A stretch of 47,007 nt of DNA from the NCBI GenBank assembly GCA_964632315.1, contig CAZWEM010000038.1, forward strand, positions 1-47,007, given 5' to 3'. The notes below the pieces were generated by a model that was given only the letters and a program-made list of their open reading frames with translations, had not been told where the DNA came from and did not search any database. The number at the start of each line of letters is the position of its first letter. Position 1 is the first letter of the stretch. This document shows positions 30,232-39,518 of the stretch, in pieces. The translations under genes were made by a program, and so were the position numbers. This DNA comes from an uncultured archaeon (GTDB lineage: Archaea; Asgardarchaeota; Lokiarchaeia; Sigyniarchaeales; SOKP01).

Positions 30232-31731
30232 TTACAAATTGTAAATAGGTAAAAATTTTTCCTCAATATACTTGAAGAAATAGTCTGGATTCAAGTCTTC
30301 TCCAGTTATTCTTCTAATTAATTCATTGGCTCTATAAATTGCACCATATTGATGAACATTTTCCCTTAAATATGTAAGAAGAAATGAAAATTCTCCTTTT
30401 TCATAATTTTTGGGTAAACTTGGATTTTTATTTAAGGCATTGGCATAAATTTGCGAAGCATAAAGACTACCAAGGAAGTAGGTTGGAAAATATCCGATTA
30501 GTCCCCATCCCCAATGTATATCCTGCAAACACCCTTCTGCATCATCTGATGGAGTAATGCCCAAAAGATCTTCAAATTTAGAATTCCAGACTTCCGGTAA
30601 CTCACTTACTTCTATCTTTCCGTCAATCAAATCTCTTTCTATTTCAAATCTCAAGATGATATGTAATCCGTAAGTAACTTCATCAGCATTTACACGAATA
30701 AAGGAAGGCTTCACAACATTTACAGATCTATAAAACTCTTCCATCGGATAATTACTTAAATTTTCTGGAAAATATTCTTGAAAAGTCGGATACCAATACT
30801 TCCAAAATTCTCTGCTTCTCCCAACGATATTTTCCCACATGCGAGATTGACTCTCATGAATACCCATGGAGCATCCATCTGCTAGAATTGTATCATGTAT
30901 TTCTTTTTTAAATCCCATATCATAGAGAGCATGCCCTGTCTCATGTATTGTACCAAAAATGCATTCATTTAAAAAATCCTCTGTTGTTCTCGTGGTAATT
31001 CTAGTATCCATCGAGGATAATGAAGTAGTGAATGGATGTGTTGAAAGATCTTGTCTTCCATGATTAAAGTCAAAGTTTAGCTTTTTCACAATCTCAATAC
31101 TAAGGTCGAACTGCTTTTTTACATCATATTTTTTACGAAGTATATCTTGCCTTGGTTTATTTGCAGATAAATCGAGTTTTTTAACAAAGTCACTTAATTT
31201 TGGTTTTATATTATTGAAAATATCCACAATCCATTTATAGGTTGCTCCTGGCTCAAATAAATCAATTAGGGTTGAATATGGATCAGGATGGGTTGCCAAT
31301 TTTTCTGCTTTTTCTATTTGTAATCGTATATTTTTTTCTAATAAGGGTTCAAAATCAGAACCTTTTAATTTTTTATTCTGCCTAGCTCCTTTCCAAGCTT
31401 CTACTGCTTTAGATCCTGTTTCAGAAATTTCCATTACCAATTTTTCAGGTAATTTGGTTGCTTGTAGGTATTCTCGTTCTGATTCCCGGATTAATGCTTT
31501 TTGAATTACATCTAAATCTTTTTGCTCCTTTGCTTTATTAATCAGTTCACCCGTTTTATCGGCAGTTACTCGTTGATGGATTAGTTTTTCAATCAAGGAA
31601 AGTTGTTTTGCTCGTCCTTCTACAGAACCAGAAGGCATATAAGTTTCTTGATCCCAATTTAATAGGGAATTTATATATGAAAGTCTTTTAATTTCAGTAA
31701 AATAATCTCGTAATTCTTCTATAGCTGACAT
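30232..31731 (-). CDS. M32 family metallocarboxypeptidase, second paralog
   Basis: HPFT, HETGHALY, HESQSRMWEN, IRVNAD, LQDIHW and GYFPTY motifs. Confidence 0.95.
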   Translation of the reverse strand: MSAIEELRDYFTEIKRLSYINSLLNWDQETYMPSGSVEGRAKQLSLIEKLIHQRVTADKTGELINKAKEQKDLDVIQKALIRESEREYLQATKLPEKLVMEISETGSKAVEAWKGARQNKKLKGSDFEPLLEKNIRLQIEKAEKLATHPDPYSTLIDLFEPGATYKWIVDIFNNIKPKLSDFVKKLDLSANKPRQDILRKKYDVKKQFDLSIEIVKKLNFDFNHGRQDLSTHPFTTSLSSMDTRITTRTTEDFLNECIFGTIHETGHALYDMGFKKEIHDTILADGCSMGIHESQSRMWENIVGRSREFWKYWYPTFQEYFPENLSNYPMEEFYRSVNVVKPSFIRVNADEVTYGLHIILRFEIERDLIDGKIEVSELPEVWNSKFEDLLGITPSDDAEGCLQDIHWGWGLIGYFPTYFLGSLYASQIYANALNKNPSLPKNYEKGEFSFLLTYLRENVHQYGAIYRANELIRRITGEDLNPDYFFKYIEEKFLPIYNL

Positions 31732-31915
31732 TTTTATACAGTTTTAGTTTAAAATAAATTAATTTAAACAGATTAATATCATTAGAAAAAAAAAGTTTAG
31801 TATTCTGAAGTTTAGAAATTTTTCTGAAGTAGAAACTTCTAAATATTACTTCTTTCTTAAGTTTTTTATAATAAAGAAATAAATAGAATATTATAAAATA
31901 TATAAAGGTCTAATT

Positions 31916-32119
31916 ATGAATACTTTAAACTATGAGAATTTCACTATTTCTATATTTTTTATTATTATTTTAGTAATATTAAACTTGATTTTGACAATGA
32001 TTTACATACAACTTATAACCACGGGAGTCATTATAATGAGTATAATTCTTTTAATATTCATAGTAATTAGAAATAATAATGCTACTCTTGACAAAGAAGA
32101 TTTATTTAAGGAAGAATAA
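31916..32119 (+). CDS. Small two-TM membrane protein
   Basis: 67 aa, two hydrophobic helices, acidic tail; co-oriented with the next gene. Confidence 0.55.
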   Translation: MNTLNYENFTISIFFIIILVILNLILTMIYIQLITTGVIIMSIILLIFIVIRNNNATLDKEDLFKEE

Positions 32120-32154
32120 AAACTTTTTAAAATTTAATTATTTAGGTATTTAAA

Positions 32155-33417
32155 ATGGAAGAAATTTATATCAATATCGAATTAATAGCACTATTAATCG
32201 TAGCTACACTTAGTTTGTGGATTAAAAGCAGAGCTTTCAACTTAAAATTAATAAAAATGGTTTTTATTGCGTTCCTAATTATTAATCCTCTGCAACTATT
32301 GCTTAATTTAAAATCCCATAGCCTACTAATTGATGTCGTATTGATTTTCTTTTCTGAAATAATAGTAATCCATAATTTAATTTCAATCATTATAAAACCT
32401 AATCTTGATCGCCTTTTTCAAAATTCATTCGTCATGATTGCTACAAGTTTAATTGGGATAATCTTTGCAGAAAATGTTTTAATTATAGCTGGTTGGCTTG
32501 CTTGTTTAGCATTTTTTATTTTGATTAATTTTTTTGTAAGTGGAGACCCTAAAGAATTCAATGATTACCTCCCGTTTATAATTTCAATTTCAACTGGTAT
32601 TGCTGGTATCTTTATAGTTTCTCTCTTTTTTAGCCTATTAACAAGTAATGTTTCTATTATAGGATTAAATGCTGGTTTTGGGATATATGTAATCATTTTA
32701 CTTTTTGCCATCGGGACTTTAGCAGGTGTTTTCCCTTTTAATTTGCTTTTAAATAAATTCTTTAAAGATTCTGATTTTCAAACCTTAAGTCTTTACATGA
32801 TCACTCTATATTCTCTTCTGTTCTTCCTAATACGTTCGTTCTTTTTAACTGGGCCTTTTTCACCTCTAATCGGGTTAATTTTTCTAATAATATCTATTAT
32901 AGGACTGATTGTTACAAGTTTCAATATTTTTAATGAACTTTTTATTAATTTTGGACGAACTAAAATTTCTTTAAGGAAAACATTGGGATGTCTATTTATA
33001 TTGGATTTTAATAGCGTTTTACTCATGGCTTCATTGTTTTTTTTCATAGATCTGACATTCAATAGCATTATTTTGAACTATATATTTTTCGTATTTTTAG
33101 CTAAGTTTTTGCTCATGGTTCCATTACAATTTAAAATAAAAAAAGTTGATACGGATAGTCTGAATAAAGTTCATAATCTATTCCAAGAAGATCGCTTTTT
33201 AGGAATATCAGCATTAATTTCAGGATTAATTGTTTCATTCCCAATAAGCATTATATCTTTCTATATTATTCTAAATCCATTGTTTTCGTTTCAGATTCAA
33301 TCTAATATAATAATCTTTACAAGTCTAATTATTATTTTGGTAGTTCATGCATTTTATGTCTTAACAAACATAATAGGACTATCATCAATTTCAATAAAGA
33401 TTAACTTCAATAATTAA
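32155..33417 (+). CDS. Polytopic membrane protein, divergent MrpD/NuoN-like (proton-conducting transporter fold)
   Basis: Twelve or more TM segments; LAGVFPF and AKFLL..DTDSLNKVHNL resemble antiporter-like subunit motifs. Confidence 0.55.
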   Translation: MEEIYINIELIALLIVATLSLWIKSRAFNLKLIKMVFIAFLIINPLQLLLNLKSHSLLIDVVLIFFSEIIVIHNLISIIIKPNLDRLFQNSFVMIATSLIGIIFAENVLIIAGWLACLAFFILINFFVSGDPKEFNDYLPFIISISTGIAGIFIVSLFFSLLTSNVSIIGLNAGFGIYVIILLFAIGTLAGVFPFNLLLNKFFKDSDFQTLSLYMITLYSLLFFLIRSFFLTGPFSPLIGLIFLIISIIGLIVTSFNIFNELFINFGRTKISLRKTLGCLFILDFNSVLLMASLFFFIDLTFNSIILNYIFFVFLAKFLLMVPLQFKIKKVDTDSLNKVHNLFQEDRFLGISALISGLIVSFPISIISFYIILNPLFSFQIQSNIIIFTSLIIILVVHAFYVLTNIIGLSSISIKINFNN

Positions 33418-33432
33418 AATGTGAAAAAAAGA

Positions 33433-34959
33433 TTATATTTTAAGTTCATTTCTTACAAAAACTTCAGCTGCCATTTCGAGATCTTCAATTTTTAAAGGTC
33501 TTGATAATGCTTTTTCTAGATCTGAGATAAGTTGCTTACATAGATTAATACTTAAAGAACTCCCTTTTTTTTCGATTAATTTTTTTAATTCATCTGGATT
33601 AATGACTCCATCAATCGTAGGCTCTAACTTTTCTTCAATTATTAATGGTTTAGGTTCTGATTTTAAAGGTTTTCCTCCTTTTAAATCAATTTTCACGTCC
33701 GAAGGGGTCAAAAATCTTTTATCCTCTGTCTTTTCATCTTTATCAAATAAAGTGAGACCCCCGAGGGATTTCTCTTCTTTATTAACCTTTTCTAATGTGC
33801 CAAAGGATTGAAATTTTTTCACTTTTTGTTGAGAGATTTGATCCTCACCAGGTAATGGCTTTACCTTTATTTTAGTATCAAATTGTATTTTATCAGGTAT
33901 TTCAAACTTTTTTCTACTTTCCCTAATCTTTCTCAATTGGTTTCGTTCATCAACTTTTGCTTGAAGACTTTCTATTTTAGTTGTAAAATTTTGTATCAAA
34001 TTTAGATCTTGGTAATTATCACACATTTTTATCAGTTCTTTATATTTTGCAATTGCCATTACTAAATTTGATTTCTCTTCTAAATTTTCTGCCTCTTTTA
34101 ATAACGTGAAATATTCATCTGGCAAAGATTTTTTTAAATTTAACTTTTCAGAAATAATTTGATCAAACTGCTGTCTTGCTTCAGTTTCCTTCATCGACAT
34201 TTCATTAAAATCTGGAATCTCTAATTCATTTCTTATAAATTTAATATCTGAGTCGTCTATTAGATCTCGCTTGTTTCCTATAATTATTAATTTTGATAAT
34301 ATTGCATCTTGATTATAAAGAGATCTGAAATGTTCAATGACTCTTAGATGATAATTAGATATATCAAATATAAAAATGACCAAATCTGAACCACTGATAA
34401 ACTTTGGCCATAGCAGAGAGAAGTTATCTTTTAGTTCAAAATCCCAGATATCGAATGAGAGTTTATTAATTGAATAAGTTGAAACCTTCGCAAAATTCAT
34501 TATATGTTTTTCATCCCCGTCTCGCAATAGCTCATATAAGGATGTTTTCCCCGAGTTAGTAGGACCTATAATGGATATCTTTGAATGAAATTCTTGTTGT
34601 AATGGCTCAATGAATTCTAAAAATTGATTTTTCTTGAATTCGGAGTCTTCCATCTCTTCGGGATATTTAAATAATTCTATAAATTGTGCTACAGTAGCCT
34701 TTAATGCTGCTTCGACCCTTTCTAATTGATCAATCAGATCTACAACGAATATTATGGTATAATCTCCTGAAGATCGATAGAATATCTGAAAATCTGCAAT
34801 TGGTCTCTGAAATGTCTTACCTGGCATTGGCATCTCCAAATAAGACTTAACTAATTCTATAACGTTTTTTAATTCTTTGTCTCCAAGTGCTATGGCATAA
34901 GAATAACTGAATATTGGAAGTTTTTTTGCTTTATGAAATACATGTATTTGACGTAGCAT
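33433..34959 (-). CDS. Multidomain protein: longin-like N-terminus, Arf-like small GTPase, helical (MIT/TPR-like) region, low-complexity linker, small C-terminal helical domain
   Basis: G1 GPTNSGKTS, degenerate G3 WDFEL, LWPKF, IFIFD, G4 GNKRD; the flanking domains are inferred from secondary-structure pattern. Confidence 0.8.
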   Translation of the reverse strand: MLRQIHVFHKAKKLPIFSYSYAIALGDKELKNVIELVKSYLEMPMPGKTFQRPIADFQIFYRSSGDYTIIFVVDLIDQLERVEAALKATVAQFIELFKYPEEMEDSEFKKNQFLEFIEPLQQEFHSKISIIGPTNSGKTSLYELLRDGDEKHIMNFAKVSTYSINKLSFDIWDFELKDNFSLLWPKFISGSDLVIFIFDISNYHLRVIEHFRSLYNQDAILSKLIIIGNKRDLIDDSDIKFIRNELEIPDFNEMSMKETEARQQFDQIISEKLNLKKSLPDEYFTLLKEAENLEEKSNLVMAIAKYKELIKMCDNYQDLNLIQNFTTKIESLQAKVDERNQLRKIRESRKKFEIPDKIQFDTKIKVKPLPGEDQISQQKVKKFQSFGTLEKVNKEEKSLGGLTLFDKDEKTEDKRFLTPSDVKIDLKGGKPLKSEPKPLIIEEKLEPTIDGVINPDELKKLIEKKGSSLSINLCKQLISDLEKALSRPLKIEDLEMAAEVFVRNELKI

Positions 34960-35141
34960 AATTAATGAAGTTATATTCTTTTATAATACCAAATAAGATG
35001 CTTAATAATCATATATTTCTTCTTCCTAATATATTTTAACTAAGAGAGGAAAAGAAAAATAGTAAAAGATTTTAGAAATCGAACCATATTTTCTATAATT
35101 GACCAAAAATAATATGCTTTAAAGCGTAATTTTCTACAAAA

Positions 35142-36095
35142 ATGCCTTTATTACCTGAACATATCGTTTACTTCTTGGAGAAAGAGTTAGATTCTAAATT
35201 TCAATCAGAATTACTCGAGTTATTGAAAACAAGAATTCATAAGTTATGTTTTGAAGAATGTGAAATCGATAGGATTCAATGTACCCTTACTCCTCTTTGC
35301 ACACGAAGGTTCCTGCTCAAACTCCGCCTAATGAATGGATTAACCATCGATGATCAGCCTAAATTTTGCTATAGTGTACATAAAGGCATAGTACAGCGAG
35401 ATTTTCTAAATAAAACCGTTGTATATAAACCTAATGATGCATTTCTCTATTTGATCGATTTTTTGGATGTTTTTTTTCATGGGGATTATAGAAAATTAAA
35501 TAAATTTCTTTCAAAAAAGGATTTTAAAGAAGCAATAAAAATCTTTGATGATCGAATCCAAAATAGAGATGAAAATTTTCAATATATCATATCGAATAAC
35601 AAGAATTTTATCATCTTCAAATTCGAAGAGAAAATACATGTTCTATTTATAAATGAGAATTATGCGCTTTGTAATGCTAATAGAGAGAGCATTACCAATT
35701 TGGAAATATTAAGAAGTCTTTGTGAGTTATTTGCTCGAATTTTTTTTCCTGAAGTTAAGCTGAAAGTAAATCCAAATAATAATCTCGAAATTACGACAAC
35801 TATTCCAGTAGATATCCTTAAAAGTGTTAGTAAAGAACCTCCTTTAAAAGATAATGAGTCAAAAAAAGATGATTATTTTTGGAATGTCTTTCCTAATGAT
35901 TTAGATGTTTTAAGTCAATATTGTGTAAATGTTAAATTATCATTTAATCGAAGGGATGATTTAGTAATTAAATTACTAATAAATCCAAATTCAGTAGGTA
36001 ATAAAAATATCCCAATTCTACGTTATAGAGATTTAAGGTTAATATTTAACATAATCTTTCGTTTGTATAATGATTTTTATATAATTTGGGCCTAA
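35142..36095 (+). CDS. Hypothetical protein with Cys-rich N-terminal region
   Basis: 317-aa ORF; CFEECEIDRIQCTLTPLC and FCYSVH. Confidence 0.75.
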   Translation: MPLLPEHIVYFLEKELDSKFQSELLELLKTRIHKLCFEECEIDRIQCTLTPLCTRRFLLKLRLMNGLTIDDQPKFCYSVHKGIVQRDFLNKTVVYKPNDAFLYLIDFLDVFFHGDYRKLNKFLSKKDFKEAIKIFDDRIQNRDENFQYIISNNKNFIIFKFEEKIHVLFINENYALCNANRESITNLEILRSLCELFARIFFPEVKLKVNPNNNLEITTTIPVDILKSVSKEPPLKDNESKKDDYFWNVFPNDLDVLSQYCVNVKLSFNRRDDLVIKLLINPNSVGNKNIPILRYRDLRLIFNIIFRLYNDFYIIWA

Positions 36096-36124
36096 AATTA
36101 AAAAAAAGTAAGAGAAAACTGAAA

Positions 36125-37342
36125 ATGAGTGAAGAAAAACAAGAAAACCCGGAAATCGTTAAAATAAAGGATTTCATACGTGATGATAGATTTGATGATG
36201 CAGTTCAAATCATCGCTTTATATCTAGGAGATTCAACTGATAACGACTATTTAGATAGATTAGAAGAGATTATCGAACTGTTATTAACATTACATGGTGG
36301 ACGTACGGTGCTTAGGTTTTTAATAGAACAACTCGTGATTGATATTCCTTCATTGTTAGAAAATCTTTCGAAGAAAGACTCAGTATTGAGATATTCTTTT
36401 TTGCTTTTATTAAAAAATGTGTGTGAAAATGAATGTGATTTATTCCTACCTTTCTCTGACGAATTACTAAAATCTGAAGACCCAAATGTTCGAGAAGCAG
36501 CATTACAATTACTTATATTCATGGCAGGAGGGGATAAGGAAATTGAGGATGAGGAATTAATATCTGAAATTTCAAACTTGTTGATGGATCAAAAACCATT
36601 CGTAATTGAAAAAGCAATTCAAGCGCTAAAAGCATTTGGAACAATAAGTCCATCTCTTGTTACTCGCATAATTAAAACTCAGGTTAAAGAAAATCCTGAT
36701 AATGAAGAGCTCAAGCAAAGTGTTGATAATATTTTGAAAGCAATCGTTTCAGTTGAAAAAATTGATGAAATAGTTGAAGAAGAGGAAGAAGAAGTATCTG
36801 AAGAAAATGTTATCAAGCAAGAAGAGACTCAAATTTCTGATAAAGAGCTTGAATTGAAAAAGAAAGAAATTGAATTGAAGAAAAAGAAATTAGAATTAGA
36901 AGAAAAAGAAAAACAAATAGAGGAAAAGCTCATCCAAGAAAAAGAGAAAAAATTGAAATTAAAAGAAGAAAGTATCGAATACGAAGTAGAAGACACATCT
37001 AAAACGGAAGATTTACCAAAAAAAATTAAGAAAAAAATAAAAAAAGAAGAAAATGAAATCATCGATAAAGAAATTGAACTAAAGAAAAAGAATTTAGAAA
37101 TTAAGAAGAAAAAAATTGAATTAGATTTAAAGGAAAAAGAATTAGAGGAAATTGCTATTCAAGAACGAGAAAAAGCTTTAAAAATAAAAGAAGAATTAAT
37201 AGAAAAAGAATCGGAATTATCACAAGTTGAACTCGAATTACATCAGAAGAAAATTGAAGAAAAAGAGCAAAAAATTAAGGAAGATGAACTAAAGCGAGCT
37301 GAAAAGAAAATCGATGATTTAGATAAACCTAAAAACGATTAG
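36125..37342 (+). CDS. HEAT/ARM-repeat protein with long E/K-rich coiled coil (ORF track start 36086; ATG 36125 preferred)
   Basis: DPNVREAALQLL and PFVIEKAIQAL HEAT motifs; charged C-terminal half. Confidence 0.8.
   Translation: MSEEKQENPEIVKIKDFIRDDRFDDAVQIIALYLGDSTDNDYLDRLEEIIELLLTLHGGRTVLRFLIEQLVIDIPSLLENLSKKDSVLRYSFLLLLKNVCENECDLFLPFSDELLKSEDPNVREAALQLLIFMAGGDKEIEDEELISEISNLLMDQKPFVIEKAIQALKAFGTISPSLVTRIIKTQVKENPDNEELKQSVDNILKAIVSVEKIDEIVEEEEEEVSEENVIKQEETQISDKELELKKKEIELKKKKLELEEKEKQIEEKLIQEKEKKLKLKEESIEYEVEDTSKTEDLPKKIKKKIKKEENEIIDKEIELKKKNLEIKKKKIELDLKEKELEEIAIQEREKALKIKEELIEKESELSQVELELHQKKIEEKEQKIKEDELKRAEKKIDDLDKPKND
36821..37204 (+). repeat. Intragenic duplication of ~53 aa, 225 nt apart
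   Basis: EETQISDKELELKKKEIELKKKKLELEEKEKQIEEKLIQEKEKKLKLKEESIE versus EENEIIDKEIELKKKNLEIKKKKIELDLKEKELEEIAIQEREKALKIKEELIE. Confidence 0.8.
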
Positions 37343-37349
37343 TACGATT

Positions 37350-38411
37350 TTAATCATCATTTTCATTAATTTCGTCATCTTCATTTTCATCCTCCTCAAA
37401 ATCCAAACTTGAATTGGGTTTATTCTCTGTAATTGGAGTTGAATGAAGCCTTTTTACTATTTTTCGTATATCATCTATACGAAGACTATCTTGAGGTAAG
37501 TTTAATTGAACTTTTTTGGCAAGAGAATAAGCTAATTCAATATAATTTAAATCCTCGAGAAATTCCACGATCTGAATTTTATAATCAGCATCTTCTACAC
37601 CCTCCCCATATTCCATTAGTTTTTCCTTTAATAGAATATCAATCTTATCCGATCTTTCAACATATTTTACTTTTTTGACTAATTGCTTAAAACTATTCAT
37701 AATATTATACATTTCCGATTTTGGGTAATCATCAATATTTTTTAATACGTAGAAAATGTATAACTCGGCTTTTTCCCATCTCTTTGCTTGAATAGAGGCC
37801 TCCACCAAGTCTAGTAAGGCTAATTCATAAAGAAATTTAGATTCAATTCTCGGTATTATTTTTTCAAATATCCAATCAAGTAAATTTGGATGGCTAAATT
37901 GTTCAATAACATCAATTAAAAACTTTTCAACAGCATAATACAATTTCGCGTTTTCAGTTTTTACGGACGTTAAAAACGAAACTAATACATATTTCACTCG
38001 ACCCATTGCATCTTCAAGGTTTAAGGGGACTTCACCGAACTTATAAAATGCTGATTCTAAAATGGGTTGAATCTTATCTCGATTCTTGAAATCGTAGACA
38101 AAATATCCTGCCCAATTTGGTTGCTTTTCGGATGATAATTTTTTTAGATCACTCTTCGGTACTTCACTAATTGTTTTCTTTTCTTTTGAAATAAATTGCT
38201 TACCAGAGAGTTTATTCGCTTCTTCTTCACTAATTATCTTTAATAGGATATATTTTCTATTTTTGGGAACACGAAGCTGAAAGTAAACATCCTCATTACT
38301 ATCAAATAATAAAGCTCTCATTTCTTTAGGAAAAGTGATTCCTGTTTTAGTTTTTTTTACTACTGCTTCGTATATCAATCCTTTATTGTTTTCTAATTCT
38401 TCTTCAGACAT
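37350..38411 (-). CDS. Hypothetical protein: AbrB-like N-terminus plus alpha-helical repeats
   Basis: GITFPKEMRALL resembles the AbrB/MazE IxIPKxxR motif; helical C-terminal region; acidic tail. Confidence 0.6.
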   Translation of the reverse strand: MSEEELENNKGLIYEAVVKKTKTGITFPKEMRALLFDSNEDVYFQLRVPKNRKYILLKIISEEEANKLSGKQFISKEKKTISEVPKSDLKKLSSEKQPNWAGYFVYDFKNRDKIQPILESAFYKFGEVPLNLEDAMGRVKYVLVSFLTSVKTENAKLYYAVEKFLIDVIEQFSHPNLLDWIFEKIIPRIESKFLYELALLDLVEASIQAKRWEKAELYIFYVLKNIDDYPKSEMYNIMNSFKQLVKKVKYVERSDKIDILLKEKLMEYGEGVEDADYKIQIVEFLEDLNYIELAYSLAKKVQLNLPQDSLRIDDIRKIVKRLHSTPITENKPNSSLDFEEDENEDDEINENDD

Positions 38412-38431
38412 AATTAAAATACCTTTAAATA

Positions 38432-39025
38432 TTAACCAGTCATGTTAACTAGTTCTACACCTCGAACATTAAAGTTCATATCGATAAAAGCTAGTAGAGC
38501 ATGACCATTATGTGTATATACAATAGGTACTGGATATGATTCCGCATTTTTAATAAAGCTATTCTTTAAAATGAGAGGTAAAGTTTTATTACACGCGGGA
38601 CATGGAATATTTATTACTTTAACTAAACTCAATTTTTCAAAATTTGCAATAATTTCATTAACTTGAGTTTTAAAATTGTTAAAAATGCCAGATGAAAAGT
38701 TACCATATGACAAAATATAATCAACGTCATAAATCTCGTTGAATATTTTATGTACTTCTTCGATTAAAGCTTCTAACATTTGAAATTGCATCCCTGTATC
38801 TGCTCCCGCTGAACATATCTGTTTCTCATATCTAATGTAAGCAATTTTTAAATTCCCTTTATTTACGTGAAAAAAAATGTTTCGCATGGGATTTTGTTTC
38901 ACGATATTCATATCTAATATGAAACTTTTATAGGATCTTTCTGGTTTCCATTCGAATATGGTGAAATTATCTGTGCTTATGTTAATAAATTGTAATTCTT
39001 TCAGAATGTTTTTAAAATCGATCAA
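38432..39025 (-). CDS. Longin-like domain plus C-terminal CxxC/His metal-binding module
   Basis: Beta-beta-alpha-beta-beta-beta-alpha-alpha pattern; CPAC..YTHNGH..IDMNFNVRG. Confidence 0.6.
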   Translation of the reverse strand: MIDFKNILKELQFINISTDNFTIFEWKPERSYKSFILDMNIVKQNPMRNIFFHVNKGNLKIAYIRYEKQICSAGADTGMQFQMLEALIEEVHKIFNEIYDVDYILSYGNFSSGIFNNFKTQVNEIIANFEKLSLVKVINIPCPACNKTLPLILKNSFIKNAESYPVPIVYTHNGHALLAFIDMNFNVRGVELVNMTG

Positions 39026-39140
39026 TTTTCTAACTCAATCCAATACTTACTTTCAATAAAAATCAAGATTCTAATAAAATTAATGTATATTGAATTTATT
39101 TAAATTTTAATTTAAAAATAAACTCTTCTTAAGATGTTGA

Positions 39141-39485
39141 TTAACTAGTTTTAAATGATTTTGTAGCTCTCATTATTGCTCTCATATTATTTAAAGGTAA
39201 ATCTCTAGGAATTTCGCATCCAAACGCCAACCAATAACCCCCTCCTTGGGAAGCCGTAGAAATATGCTTAATGCAATCTTCATATACTTGACTCGGACTA
39301 CTATAAGTAAGTTTATTATAATTTAAATTACCCATAATAGTTACTTCATCACCTATTAATTCCTTTGCCCATTTTAAATCCACTTGGTAATCAAATTGAA
39401 TTGCTCCTCCTGGATTTGTCTCCATTGAGAAGTGAATATTTTGTGGAACAAATCCGCAACAATGAATTAAAGAAATCATTTTCAT
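39141..39485 (-). pseudogene. C-terminal fragment of a URO-D/MtaA family protein
   Basis: IHCCG, IMGNL and GGYWLAFGCEIP motifs; the N-terminal two-thirds of the barrel is absent. Confidence 0.75.
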
Positions 39486-39518
39486 TTCCTAACCTAATTA
39501 AGATTTAAAAAATCAAAA

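Noticed and set aside
36780-37330. Purine-rich repetitive DNA as a CRISPR or satellite array
   Set aside because: It encodes the E/K-rich coiled coil; there is no constant repeat with unique spacers.
39141-39485. URO-D fragment as the second exon or half of a split gene
   Set aside because: Only 33 nt separate it from the divergent TrmJ-like gene, leaving no room for an N-terminal part; treated as a truncation.
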